Positions 48,366 through 58,174 of a DNA stretch of 64,000 nt are shown piece by piece. Position 1 is the first letter of the stretch, and each line of letters begins with the position of its first letter. Both the position numbers and the translations under genes were made by a program. The notes beneath the pieces are model-generated. The model had not been told where the DNA came from, searched no databases, and saw only the letters and a list, made by a program, of their open reading frames with translations. The stretch spans positions 3,771 to 67,770 of the forward strand of contig DAISJM010000002.1 in NCBI GenBank assembly GCA_036821485.1. The letters run 5' to 3'. The DNA is from Verrucomicrobiota bacterium. GTDB lineage: Bacteria; Verrucomicrobiota; Kiritimatiellia; CAIQIC01; JAGNIJ01.

Positions 48366-49430
48366 ATGAATCAACGGCTGCCCGTTATGTTCCTGGCCTT
48401 GTGCGCCGCCACGCTCGCAGGCTGTAGCACGCTGCCGCCACCGGGCGAGCCGCTCGCACCCCGACAGAAGACTGCGCTGGAGCGGCGGGCCCGGCAGCCC
48501 GAAGCCCTGGGCGTAAGCGCGCGCGTGGAAAATGGAAGCCTGAAGCTCTCCAACATCCGCGAAGTGGATTCGCTTGCACTGCCGATCTCGCTCCTCCTCA
48601 ACACCGAATTTCTCCAACCCGCCCGCTTCCCGGTCGTTCGCATGCGGATCAATGGACATCTCGTCTTCGGCCTGCTGGATACCGGCTCCTCGCTCTCGCT
48701 GATCGAATACGGTGCTACGATGCGGGCGCGCGTCGCGCCCCTCGGTCCACCACTGGTCGCTTCGCGCGGCCAGGGACTCGGCGGCCGTCTGCGCTGTTAC
48801 GTCGGCATCGCAGAATCCGTAATGCTGGATGAGTTGCAACTCCGGCGTGTACCTTTCGGCATCGTGGACGATGCATGGGGCCTCACTCCGCTGTGGTGGC
48901 TGGAGGGTCACCGCGTCGAAGCGATACTGGGCAACGACTTCCTCCAACCACTGGGATATCTGTCCATCAACCTGCCCGGCGAAAGAGCAACCCTGGGTGG
49001 CGACGGGCCATACACACCCAATCCCGACCGCCTCGCTGCCGCACTGCCCTTTTCCATGGAGAACGGCGTGCCGGTAATCAATGCCGATGTGGACGGCATC
49101 GGGCGGCTGCGCATAGTCATCGATTCGGGTGGCGATTTCGGCCTGTGGATCCCGCGCGGGATTGCAGGTCAACTTAAGCTTTCAGTCCTGAACGACACAA
49201 CGCGCGTCAGCATCGGGTCCGGTGTCGGCGGCGAAAGTGTATGGAAGGACGCCGGTCCGCACGTCGTCAGCCTCGCAGGCCTTGAGCTTGCAAACGTGGA
49301 GACACACGTTTCCATGATCAATTTCGGCGAACAGGATCCGCCCTTTGCGCTCATGGGTCTGCAGGCTCTGCAGAATTACCTCATCACCTTTGACTACCGG
49401 TATCACACGGTGTACTTAGAATACCCTTAA
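48366..49430 (+). CDS. lipoprotein with two aspartic-protease-like motifs (paralog of the upstream gene)
   Basis: MNQRLPVMFLALCAATLAGCS (lipobox); motifs LLDTGSS and VIDSGGD in two pseudo-symmetric halves. Confidence 0.65.
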   Translation: MNQRLPVMFLALCAATLAGCSTLPPPGEPLAPRQKTALERRARQPEALGVSARVENGSLKLSNIREVDSLALPISLLLNTEFLQPARFPVVRMRINGHLVFGLLDTGSSLSLIEYGATMRARVAPLGPPLVASRGQGLGGRLRCYVGIAESVMLDELQLRRVPFGIVDDAWGLTPLWWLEGHRVEAILGNDFLQPLGYLSINLPGERATLGGDGPYTPNPDRLAAALPFSMENGVPVINADVDGIGRLRIVIDSGGDFGLWIPRGIAGQLKLSVLNDTTRVSIGSGVGGESVWKDAGPHVVSLAGLELANVETHVSMINFGEQDPPFALMGLQALQNYLITFDYRYHTVYLEYP

Positions 49431-49495
49431 GGGTGTATCAGATCGCGGCGGGCGCTCTTTGCAGGCGAAACCGCGTTAGCGGGGAGGGTTGTAGC

Positions 49496-50626
49496 ATGAC
49501 TCCATCCAGCGTAGATCGTTCTTCGCTCGTCACGCGCGGAGCGCGCGTTCAATTCGCCACCGGAGTCGCCTTGGTGTCCATCATCCCGCTGCTGACCTTT
49601 CTATATCTCTACCTCAACCGTACCGCTTTCGGTGCCGACACGCTGGTCGTCGTGCTGCTGCTCGCGGTCACCGGATTCGGCGGCTATGGCATCCTTCGCA
49701 AATATCCCGTCAACATCGTGCGGCTGCGCGGCTACCTCGAACACATGATCTACGGCGAGTTGCCCGAACAGGTGCAACTGCTCAAGGCCGAGGATGACAT
49801 CGCGGCCGTCGAGCGCTGCTTGAACCTGATTGTCGACCAGCTTCGCGAGCGGCTGGGCATCCTCCAGCAGGAAAAGAAGAACCTGCAGCAGCAGCTCTAC
49901 CAGATGCAGAAGATGGAAAGCCTCGGCGTGATGGCAGCGGGCGTTGCCCACGATTTCAACAACCTGCTGACCGGTATCCTCGGCAACGTCAACCTCCTCT
50001 CTGAACGCGTTCGCGACAATGCCGAGGTGCGCCGGAACATCAAGGATATGGAAGACCTCGTCATGCGGGCCTCCGAGCTGACACACCAGATGCTCACTTA
50101 CTGCGGCAAGGCCCAGAGCGTCATGGTTCCGGTCGACGCCAACATGATCGCCCGCGATATGGATGCGCTGCTCTCCGCCGCAGTGGCCAAGGGCGTACAT
50201 CTCCAGTGTGACCTTGCCGGCGACCTGCCCAAGGTCCACGCCGACCCCACCCAACTCCGGCAGGTTATGATGAATCTCGTCATCAACGCTTCCGATGCCA
50301 TCGGTGCGCGCGGCGGCAAGATCACGGTCGCCACGCGGGCAATCCACTGCGATCGCAACGACTTCCTTGGCGCCTGCATCAACGGCAAGCTCCCCGAGGG
50401 CGAATGTGTTTGCATAGAGGTCGGGGACAATGGCTGCGGCATCGATGCGGACAAGCAGGCGAAGATATTCGACCCCTTCTTCTCCACCAAGCCGAGGGGC
50501 CGTGGGCTCGGCCTCGCGGTGGTCCTCGGCATCATCGTGGCGCACAAGGGCGCTGTCGTACTCGAGAGCGAACCCGGGAAGGGAACGATGTTCCGGATCC
50601 TGCTCCCCGCTGTGAAGGCGGCCTGA
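49496..50626 (+). CDS. sensor histidine kinase (HisKA + HATPase_c), no adjacent response regulator
   Basis: Two N-terminal TM segments, coiled coil, H-box ESLGVMAAGVAHDFNNLLT, N/G1/G2 boxes (NLVINASDA, DNGCGID, GRGLGLAV). Confidence 0.85.
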   Translation: MTPSSVDRSSLVTRGARVQFATGVALVSIIPLLTFLYLYLNRTAFGADTLVVVLLLAVTGFGGYGILRKYPVNIVRLRGYLEHMIYGELPEQVQLLKAEDDIAAVERCLNLIVDQLRERLGILQQEKKNLQQQLYQMQKMESLGVMAAGVAHDFNNLLTGILGNVNLLSERVRDNAEVRRNIKDMEDLVMRASELTHQMLTYCGKAQSVMVPVDANMIARDMDALLSAAVAKGVHLQCDLAGDLPKVHADPTQLRQVMMNLVINASDAIGARGGKITVATRAIHCDRNDFLGACINGKLPEGECVCIEVGDNGCGIDADKQAKIFDPFFSTKPRGRGLGLAVVLGIIVAHKGAVVLESEPGKGTMFRILLPAVKAA

Positions 50627-50681
50627 TGCCGAGTGTTTTCATCATTGACCCGCGGCGGGTTGAGAAGAACAATCCCCTCAC

Positions 50682-51761
50682 ATGACTGTTGCGGTCCACA
50701 TCCGAGACGTCACGAAGACTTTTGAGAATACGCGGGCGGTAGATCGCATCACGCTCGACATCGCCCCCGGTGAGCTCTTCTTCCTGCTCGGACCCAGCGG
50801 CTGCGGCAAGACCACCCTCCTGCGCTGCATCGCGGGCTTCTACACGCCGGATACAGGCTCCATCTCTTTCGACAATCGCGATATCACCCGGCTGCCTCCG
50901 CACGAGCGCAACACGGGCATGGTCTTCCAGAGCTACGCGCTCTGGCCTCACATGACCGTCGGCGAGAACGTAGCCTTCGGCCTTGAACTCCGGGGGCTAC
51001 CCAAGGCGGACATCCGCCGCCGGGTTGGCGAGGCGCTCGATATGGTACGCATGGGCGACCGCGCCGACGGCAAGCCCAACGAGCTGTCCGGCGGGCAGCA
51101 GCAGCGCATCGCGCTGGCCCGCGCGCTGGTAATCCGCCCGCTCTGCCTGCTCCTCGATGAGCCCCTCTCCAACCTCGACGCCAAGCTGCGTCTCGAGATG
51201 CGCGCGGAAATCCGCCGCATCTGCAAGGAAGCCGGGCTCACCGCCATCTACGTCACGCACGATCAGAAGGAAGCCCTCTCCATCGCTGACCGCCTCGCCA
51301 TCCTCGAAAGCGGAGCCATACGCCAGTGCGGCCGGCCGCAGGATGTCTACCTCCGCCCCAACAGCCGTTTCGTCGCCGGCTTTATCGGCGAGACCAATCT
51401 CGTTGACGGCGTTGTCCGGAACGCCACGGCGGGCAAGCTCGTCGTTCGCACCGCGTTCGGCGACGTAACCAGCACGGCATTGACCGACGAATCACCCGCG
51501 AACGGGACCGCCGTAACCTTGTCGCTCCGGCCGGAAGTCATCCGGCTTGGGACACCGCCCGCCGGGACGGTCAACGTGTTTGATGGCGAAATCCACGACA
51601 CGAATTACCTCGGCGAAATCGCCCAGCACCAGGTCCGGCTCGGACCATCCGGTACGGAATTCAAAGTCTTTGAGATGCATCCGAAGTTCGTCGCACGGGA
51701 TCACGTTGAACGGGCGCAGGCATGGATCGATGCCGCGGACGTCATCGTGTTGACCAGGTAG
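50682..51761 (+). CDS. ABC transporter ATP-binding protein (PotA/FbpC/MalK-like)
   Basis: GPSGCGKTT, LSGGQQQRIALARAL, LLLDEP; C-terminal TOBE-like domain. Confidence 0.9.
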   Translation: MTVAVHIRDVTKTFENTRAVDRITLDIAPGELFFLLGPSGCGKTTLLRCIAGFYTPDTGSISFDNRDITRLPPHERNTGMVFQSYALWPHMTVGENVAFGLELRGLPKADIRRRVGEALDMVRMGDRADGKPNELSGGQQQRIALARALVIRPLCLLLDEPLSNLDAKLRLEMRAEIRRICKEAGLTAIYVTHDQKEALSIADRLAILESGAIRQCGRPQDVYLRPNSRFVAGFIGETNLVDGVVRNATAGKLVVRTAFGDVTSTALTDESPANGTAVTLSLRPEVIRLGTPPAGTVNVFDGEIHDTNYLGEIAQHQVRLGPSGTEFKVFEMHPKFVARDHVERAQAWIDAADVIVLTR

Positions 51762-51821
51762 TAGCATGCACAGGGATGAGGAAGCGTAAACGGCCGGCGG
51801 CGCCCGACCAGAGAGTGAAAT

Positions 51822-53168
51822 ATGACAGATGCCATTATCGACGACGGTCAGGACAAGGCCGTACATCATTACCCCCGCGGCTTTCGTCCGCGACGCGGGC
51901 TCAACTGGGGATTCGTGGGCTTCAGCTATGCCTCGTTCTACCTCTGCCGCTACAACTTGTCGTTCGCCAACAAGGCGATCTGCGATGAGTTCGGTTTCTC
52001 GAAGGACCAGTTCGGCTGGGTGCTGACGGCCTTCTTCTGGGCCTACGCCATCGGCCAGATGGTAAACGGCCTCATCGCGGACCGCATCGGCGGCAAACAG
52101 GCCCTCGCGATCGGCGCATTCGCCACGGTCGTGCTGAATATTCTTTTCGGTGTAGCCTCGTTCTGGGGACTGTTGAGCGTGTTTGTGCTCATCTGGCTGT
52201 TGAACGGGTTCATGCAGGCCTTCGGCGCGCCGGGCATGATCAAAACCAACACCGCCTGGTTCAGCCAACGCGAACGCGGCAAGTTCGCCGGCATCTTCGG
52301 CTTCATGATCCAGCTCGGACGATTTGTCATCACGAAGCTGGCACCAACCCTGATGGCAGGTTTCACCATTCTGTGGTGGACCGTCGAGCCTCTTCACTGG
52401 CGCTATGTCTTCTGGGTGCCCGCGGGCATTGCCTTCATCGTGACCCTGCTCATGCTGGTGTTTGTGAAAAACACGCCGGAAGAGGCCGGGTTCCACAACA
52501 TGCATCCGGGCGAGGAAGACCACGCCGAGAACGAACGTGCAGGGCTCCTGGAGAGCTTCAAGGTCATCTTCAGCAACCGCTACATCTGGATCTTCGCCGG
52601 CGCCTACGCGTGCACCGGCGTTGTGCGTCAGGGCATCGACCAGTGGTTCCCCCGCTACATGCAGGAGGTCTACAACGTCTCGCTCAAGTCTGCGGAGTTC
52701 GGCTGGGTCGCTTTCGGCATCCCCCTGGTCGCCGTGCTGGGCGCACTGTCGGCCGGCTTCCTCTCGGACACCGTGTTCAAGGGACGTCGCGCACCGGTCG
52801 CCGCGATCTTCTACTTCGTGGAGACGGTTATCATCGTTGCGGCGTTCTTCTTTGCCAAGTCGCTGGTCAGCACGTCCATCTTCCTCATCCTGATTTCCTT
52901 CACTGTCAACTCGACACACTCCATCCTCGGCACCGCCGCGGCCATGGACATCGGCGGCCGTCGCATGGCCGGCACGGCATCAGGTGTAATCGATTCATTC
53001 CAATATTACGGCGGCGGCATCGCGGGCTTTTTCCTCGGCTGGCTGCTGGAAAAGTACGGCTGGAATTCCTGGCTGATCAGTCTGGCGGGCTTTGGCATCA
53101 TCGGCGGCTGCCTGATGCTGTCGATTTCGAAAAAGGCCAATCTGAAGGCAGGCACCCAGGAGGCGTGA
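51822..53168 (+). CDS. MFS transporter, organophosphate:phosphate antiporter-like (GlpT/UhpC family)
   Basis: 12 TM segments; SYASFYLCRYNLSFANKAI and GLIADRIGGKQ motifs typical of the OPA family. Confidence 0.75.
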   Translation: MTDAIIDDGQDKAVHHYPRGFRPRRGLNWGFVGFSYASFYLCRYNLSFANKAICDEFGFSKDQFGWVLTAFFWAYAIGQMVNGLIADRIGGKQALAIGAFATVVLNILFGVASFWGLLSVFVLIWLLNGFMQAFGAPGMIKTNTAWFSQRERGKFAGIFGFMIQLGRFVITKLAPTLMAGFTILWWTVEPLHWRYVFWVPAGIAFIVTLLMLVFVKNTPEEAGFHNMHPGEEDHAENERAGLLESFKVIFSNRYIWIFAGAYACTGVVRQGIDQWFPRYMQEVYNVSLKSAEFGWVAFGIPLVAVLGALSAGFLSDTVFKGRRAPVAAIFYFVETVIIVAAFFFAKSLVSTSIFLILISFTVNSTHSILGTAAAMDIGGRRMAGTASGVIDSFQYYGGGIAGFFLGWLLEKYGWNSWLISLAGFGIIGGCLMLSISKKANLKAGTQEA

Positions 53169-53214
53169 GGCATCCAGTCCTCCGTCGAACGTCGGGTCGT
53201 AGACGCGTGGCGCT

Positions 53215-54972
53215 TTGGTCATGTTGAAGAACATCTCCATCCTGGTCCTGGCAGCACTTGTCATCGCCCTGCCTTTCCTGTTCCGCAGCCCCACAACCCG
53301 TGCTGATTGGCGGCCGGGCGACCCGGTCGTTGTCATCATCACGCCGATGAACGAGGCGATCCGTTACGAATTCGGCCGGGCCTTCTCCGCCTGGCATCAG
53401 CAGAAGTATGGCCGCCCGGCCCTCGTCGACTGGCGCGCCATCGGCGGCAGCACGGAGATCAGCCGTTACCTCACCTCGGAAATGGTCAATGCCGTCCGCG
53501 CGTGGTGGACCGGCCAGGGCAAGTCATGGCCCCGCGGCACCGGCGAGGCAATCCTCGACGCAAAGTTCGAGGCCAACGCGCCCGCGCCCGAGGCCCGCGC
53601 CGCGTGGGACCAGCAGCATGCCGCATGGCTCGCCTATCGCGCGACGGATGACCCCGCCGCTTTCACGTGCCGCATCGACCTTCTCTTCGGCGCGGGCGAG
53701 TACGACCATACCGATGCGCAACGCAAGGGCCTCACCGTTCCCGCGTGGCCACCGGGCGGCGCGCCGACAGGACTCTTCGCCCGTGAAGACGGCGCCATGC
53801 TCATCCCGGAAAGACTCAGCGGCGAAACATGGCGCACCCCGAACATGTTCGGTACCGTGCTCAGTACGTTCGGCATCTGCTACAACACCGATCGTCTCGC
53901 CGATCTCGGCATCACCCATCCACCGCTGCAGTGGGATGACCTCGCCGATCCCGCCTACTTTCGCCAGGTCGGCGTCGCCGACCCGACGAAGAGCGGCAGT
54001 ATCGCCAAAGCCTTCGAAATGATCATCCAGCAGAAGTGCCGTCAGGCCGTCGGCGCAGCCGGATTTGACGAGACGGCGATCGACCGCTTTGAGGCCCTCT
54101 TCAAGAAAGCCGGCCTGCCCCCCGGCGAAGTACCCGAAGGCGTGCCCGCGATCTACCAGGCCGCCGTCGAGCGCGGCTGGGAGGATGGCCTGCACCTTGT
54201 CCAACTCATCGGCGCCAACGCGCGCTACTTCACCGACTCGGCCAGCAGGGTGCCCATCGATGTCGGCGCGGGCGATGCCGCGGCCGGCCTCGTGATTGAT
54301 TTCTATGGACGCTACCAGGCCCAGTGCAGCCGTCCCGCCGATGGTCGCGATCGCATGTTCTACGTCACCCCGATCGGTGGCTCGAGCGTGAGCGCCGATC
54401 CTCTCGGACTGATCCGCGGCGCGCAGCATCGCGAAACCGCCCTGCGATTCATCGAGTTCACGCTCAGCGAGGAAGGTCAGCGACTTTGGACCTACGCGCC
54501 CGGCACTCCCGGCGGCCCGGAGAAATACGCCTTGCGACGACTGCCCATCCGCCGCGATTTCTACCCGTCGGACGACCCCGCCATGAATGCCGCGGCGGTC
54601 GCGAACATGAAGTACGCCACGGACGACTTGGCAGACCCGGACATCAACCCGTACACGCTGGCCACGAATTTCACCTACCGCAGTCGCTGGACTGGCTCAC
54701 ATTTTGGCGTCCAGCGCGACTTGATCCGGGCCATGTGCCTCGACTCGGCCGACGAACTTCGCGCAGCATGGGAAGCCATTCTCCGGCACGGAGGACCCGC
54801 CGCACAGCCGGAGGCCATGGAACTTCTCGGCCGCTTGCCGGATGCGCCCGAACAGCTGTCATGGCACAACGCCACCGCCATCGCAAAGAAGTATGATGCG
54901 ATGGAACGCATGCGCACGTGGACAGCCTTCTATCGGGGCAACTACAGGAAAGTGAAGGAGCTGTTGGAATAA
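53215..54972 (+). CDS. ABC transporter substrate-binding protein (family 1; Fe3+/polyamine/thiamine type), unusually long
   Basis: N-terminal signal anchor MVMLKNISILVLAALVIALPF; 585 aa; bacterial extracellular solute-binding protein fold. Confidence 0.65.
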   Translation: MVMLKNISILVLAALVIALPFLFRSPTTRADWRPGDPVVVIITPMNEAIRYEFGRAFSAWHQQKYGRPALVDWRAIGGSTEISRYLTSEMVNAVRAWWTGQGKSWPRGTGEAILDAKFEANAPAPEARAAWDQQHAAWLAYRATDDPAAFTCRIDLLFGAGEYDHTDAQRKGLTVPAWPPGGAPTGLFAREDGAMLIPERLSGETWRTPNMFGTVLSTFGICYNTDRLADLGITHPPLQWDDLADPAYFRQVGVADPTKSGSIAKAFEMIIQQKCRQAVGAAGFDETAIDRFEALFKKAGLPPGEVPEGVPAIYQAAVERGWEDGLHLVQLIGANARYFTDSASRVPIDVGAGDAAAGLVIDFYGRYQAQCSRPADGRDRMFYVTPIGGSSVSADPLGLIRGAQHRETALRFIEFTLSEEGQRLWTYAPGTPGGPEKYALRRLPIRRDFYPSDDPAMNAAAVANMKYATDDLADPDINPYTLATNFTYRSRWTGSHFGVQRDLIRAMCLDSADELRAAWEAILRHGGPAAQPEAMELLGRLPDAPEQLSWHNATAIAKKYDAMERMRTWTAFYRGNYRKVKELLE

Positions 54973-54974
54973 CC

Positions 54975-56681
54975 ATGCAGCGCCGCTTGCACAGATTCAT
55001 CTTCGGCTTTGCTCTCGTCACGCTCGGCGTGCTCTTCATCGCGCCGCTGTCCATGGTGATCAGCGGCGGTTTCCACGTCGGCGGCCGCTTCACGCTGAAA
55101 TATCTCGCGGGCGTCTTCCAAAACCCGATTTACGCCGAGGGCCTGGTGCGCAGCGTGATGATTGCCATTGGCACAACGACGCTGGCCACACTCGTCGCCA
55201 TTCCGCTGGCATGGCTCTCGAACCGATTTGAGTTCGCGGGCAAGAAATGGATCAACGGACTCGTTCTCATACCGATGATCCTGCCGCCCTTTGTCGGCGC
55301 CATCGGCTTCCAACAGATCCTCGGCCAGTACGGCGTCCTGAACGCCCTGCTCGGACTCGGCCCGATCGACTGGCTTGGACGCGGGCGCTACTTCGGCGTG
55401 ATCCTGCTCCAGGCACTCGCGCTCTATCCCATTCTCTATCTCAACGTCACCGCCGCGCTGGCCAACATCGATCCCGCGATGGAGGAGGCTGCCGAGAATC
55501 TAGGCTGCCGGGCCCTGCGCCGGTTCACGCGTATCACGCTGCCGCTCATGATGCCCGGCCTGTTCGCCGGCGGCACCATCGTCTTCATCTGGAGTTTCAC
55601 CGAACTCGGCACACCACTGATCATGAACTACACGCGTTGTGCGCCGGTCCAGGTATTCGATGCGCTGAAGGAAATCGGCACCAACCCGTTTCCCTACGCG
55701 CTCGTCTGCGTGATGCTGACGGCCAGCGTCGGGCTGTACGCGGTAAGCCGGTTTGTGTTCGGACGGAAGGCCTACGCGATGCAGAGCAAAGCCGCCACGG
55801 CGTCCACCGCAGCGCGCGTGCACGGCCCGCGTGCCATGCTGGTGGCCCTGCCGTTTCTCGTCGTCATCGGCCTCGCTATCCTGCCCCACATCGGCGTCAT
55901 CCTCACCAGCTTTTCGGAACCCGGAAGCTGGTATCGATCCGTCTTGCCCGCCCGATTCACCACGGAGAATTACATCGAGGCGCTGGGGCACAGCATGACG
56001 GTCAGCAGTATCCGCAACAGCCTGCTCTATTCATCGCTCGCCGTCTTCGCAAACGCGATCCTCGGCATTGCCATCGCCTTCGTTGTCGTCCGCTCCGATA
56101 TCCGCTGGCGCGGCGCGCTGGACACGCTTGCCATGCTTCCGCTGGCGGTACCCGGCCTTGTCATGGCCTTCGGGTACCTCGCCATCAGTTCGCGGTTGTC
56201 GAATCTCGATGCCGTGAAGGATTCGCCCCTGCTCCAATCCCTGGTCGATGTCCGCGTAAACCCGACCCTGTTTCTCGTCATCGCCTACAGCGTTCGACGC
56301 CTTCCCTACATGGTGCGATCTGCGGTCGCCGGATTGCAACAGACCTCGGTGACGTTTGAGGAGAGCGCGGCGAATCTCGGCGCGGGACCCATGACAACAC
56401 TGCGGCGGATCACCCTGCCGCTGATCTCGGCCAACCTCATTGCGGGCGCACTGCTCGCCTTCGCGTTCAGCATGTTGGAAGTGTCGGACAGCCTGATGCT
56501 CGCGCAGCGATCCGATTTCTATCCGATCACGAAGACGATCTATGAACTCTTCGGCCTCATCGGCACAGGCAAGTACGTGGCCGCTGCGCTCGGTGTCTGG
56601 GCCATGGCCTTCCTGACCGTCACCATCCTCGGGAGCAGCCTGATCCTTGGCCGCAAACTCGGCGCCCTCTTCCGGGCTTAA
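54975..56681 (+). CDS. ABC transporter permease with duplicated permease domains (FbpB/PotBC-like, 12 TM)
   Basis: Two EAA-loop-containing permease modules in a single polypeptide; start MQRRLHRFIFGFALVTLGVLF directly after the binding-protein stop. Confidence 0.8.
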   Translation: MQRRLHRFIFGFALVTLGVLFIAPLSMVISGGFHVGGRFTLKYLAGVFQNPIYAEGLVRSVMIAIGTTTLATLVAIPLAWLSNRFEFAGKKWINGLVLIPMILPPFVGAIGFQQILGQYGVLNALLGLGPIDWLGRGRYFGVILLQALALYPILYLNVTAALANIDPAMEEAAENLGCRALRRFTRITLPLMMPGLFAGGTIVFIWSFTELGTPLIMNYTRCAPVQVFDALKEIGTNPFPYALVCVMLTASVGLYAVSRFVFGRKAYAMQSKAATASTAARVHGPRAMLVALPFLVVIGLAILPHIGVILTSFSEPGSWYRSVLPARFTTENYIEALGHSMTVSSIRNSLLYSSLAVFANAILGIAIAFVVVRSDIRWRGALDTLAMLPLAVPGLVMAFGYLAISSRLSNLDAVKDSPLLQSLVDVRVNPTLFLVIAYSVRRLPYMVRSAVAGLQQTSVTFEESAANLGAGPMTTLRRITLPLISANLIAGALLAFAFSMLEVSDSLMLAQRSDFYPITKTIYELFGLIGTGKYVAAALGVWAMAFLTVTILGSSLILGRKLGALFRA

Positions 56682-56691
56682 CAGCAGCCGG

Positions 56692-57477
56692 TCAAGTGCG
56701 CATGCGGTGCCAGACCAGTAACAGTCCGCCCAGCAGAAGCATCAGCGCCGTTGGCTCGGGGATTATTGCAATCCGCGAGAAGGTCACGGTCTCCTCGGGG
56801 CCCAAATCCGAGCCCGTGCCGTTGATGACTCCGACGTAGAACCTGGTGTCCTGGTTGAAGGGGGTAGTGGCAACCGTCATGCCCGAAGTCACGATCCTGC
56901 CCGAACCCGCGTCATACCAAAGCGCCGCCGTCGTCCCGTTGAGGTCCATGCCAAAGGTGAATCCATCGACTGACGAGCCGACATTGAGGAAACCTAGCTT
57001 GTAGCTCTCATTGTTGTAAGACGTGTGGTCCGCGTCTGTTTTCTCAAACAGGTTGAACCAGAAGGTACCGTCGTTCAAACTGAGTTCGGCCATAACCCCG
57101 TTGGAGTTGTTGTAGTCATCCCACGGCTCGGGATCTGTGTTCCCGTCCGTGGTCGAGAGATACATACGCGCAGCCACGCTATTGTTGCTTGTAAGGTCCC
57201 AGCTCTGAACGGTCATCTGGTAGGATACAAGGCCATTCGCAACCCAGGAATTCGACGAACCTTCGGTGACGATGCCCGACTGCCGCCAGCCGGAAGAACC
57301 ATCTGATGGATTCAGAATCAATGCCCCGTTCACGCTTCCCTGACAGGATCCCATATGGTTCCACTGCCAGTTCGTACCCAAGCTCGTACCCGGGAATGTG
57401 TCCACCAAAGCCGGAGCCAAAGTAGCTCCCAGAATCAGACCAACGATCACCATCCCAATAGTTGCCGCCCTCTTCAT
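56692..57477 (-). CDS. PEP-CTERM sorting-domain secreted protein
   Basis: Signal peptide; C-terminus IPEPTALMLLLGGLLLVWHRMRT. Confidence 0.85.
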   Translation of the reverse strand: MKRAATIGMVIVGLILGATLAPALVDTFPGTSLGTNWQWNHMGSCQGSVNGALILNPSDGSSGWRQSGIVTEGSSNSWVANGLVSYQMTVQSWDLTSNNSVAARMYLSTTDGNTDPEPWDDYNNSNGVMAELSLNDGTFWFNLFEKTDADHTSYNNESYKLGFLNVGSSVDGFTFGMDLNGTTAALWYDAGSGRIVTSGMTVATTPFNQDTRFYVGVINGTGSDLGPEETVTFSRIAIIPEPTALMLLLGGLLLVWHRMRT

Positions 57478-57600
57478 ACGCCCTCCCCTTTATTGATGAA
57501 ATACGGGCACATCCTATTACGCAAACGTTTGCTGTCAACAAGGAAAACTTAGCGCACGACACATAGCAGGAGGACTTGTCCCGTCAGACAAGGCGAGACT

Positions 57601-58146
57601 TCAGACGTTACCAATATTGTCTGCGTCGAGTGCGGCATCGGATACGGCATTGGCCGCATCGGGCTGACCTTGGCCGGCCAGGGAAATCACAACGCATTTC
57701 TGGCCGTGCTCGTCAGGCACCCCCGACTGTGTTTGCACCGCCGTATTCTCTCTGAGCGCCTGGTGAATAACGCGCCGGTCAGAAGCCCCCATCGGCGGCA
57801 GCGTCACTGCGCGGCCTGTTTCCCGTACTTCTTCCGCTGCTTCCAGCGCCTGTTGCACAAGGCGATCCTTTTTCCGCTGGCGGTAGCGCTCGATATCCAC
57901 AACACAATGCGGAGCGGCCTCAACCTGCCGCAGCATCATCCGGTTCAACAATAGTTGGAGAGCGTCCAGCACCTGCGCGCCACGCCCAATCAGACGCGCG
58001 GCATCCGGGGATTCGATTTGCAGAAGGATTTCGTCCTCCTGAACGCCGGCTTCAATCTTGCCCTCGAAACCGATCTGGCGAAGCAGCTCGCCAAGCACCT
58101 CGGCGGCTTTTTCTTTCGCCTTGTCCACGGATCCCTGCTCACTCAT
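57601..58146 (-). CDS. jag: Jag/KhpB-like RNA-binding protein (KH + R3H domains)
   Basis: KH-like LLQIESPDAARLIGRGAQVLDALQ and R3H LPPMGASDRRVIHQAL; directly downstream of yidC. Confidence 0.8.
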   Translation of the reverse strand: MSEQGSVDKAKEKAAEVLGELLRQIGFEGKIEAGVQEDEILLQIESPDAARLIGRGAQVLDALQLLLNRMMLRQVEAAPHCVVDIERYRQRKKDRLVQQALEAAEEVRETGRAVTLPPMGASDRRVIHQALRENTAVQTQSGVPDEHGQKCVVISLAGQGQPDAANAVSDAALDADNIGNV

Positions 58147-58174
58147 GGCAGCCCCCGTCGTTGCGCGCCGGACA

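Noticed and set aside
47841-49172. 443-aa minus-strand ORF over both aspartic-protease lipoprotein genes
   Set aside because: Antisense and low-complexity; the plus-strand genes have signal peptides, lipoboxes and paired catalytic motifs.
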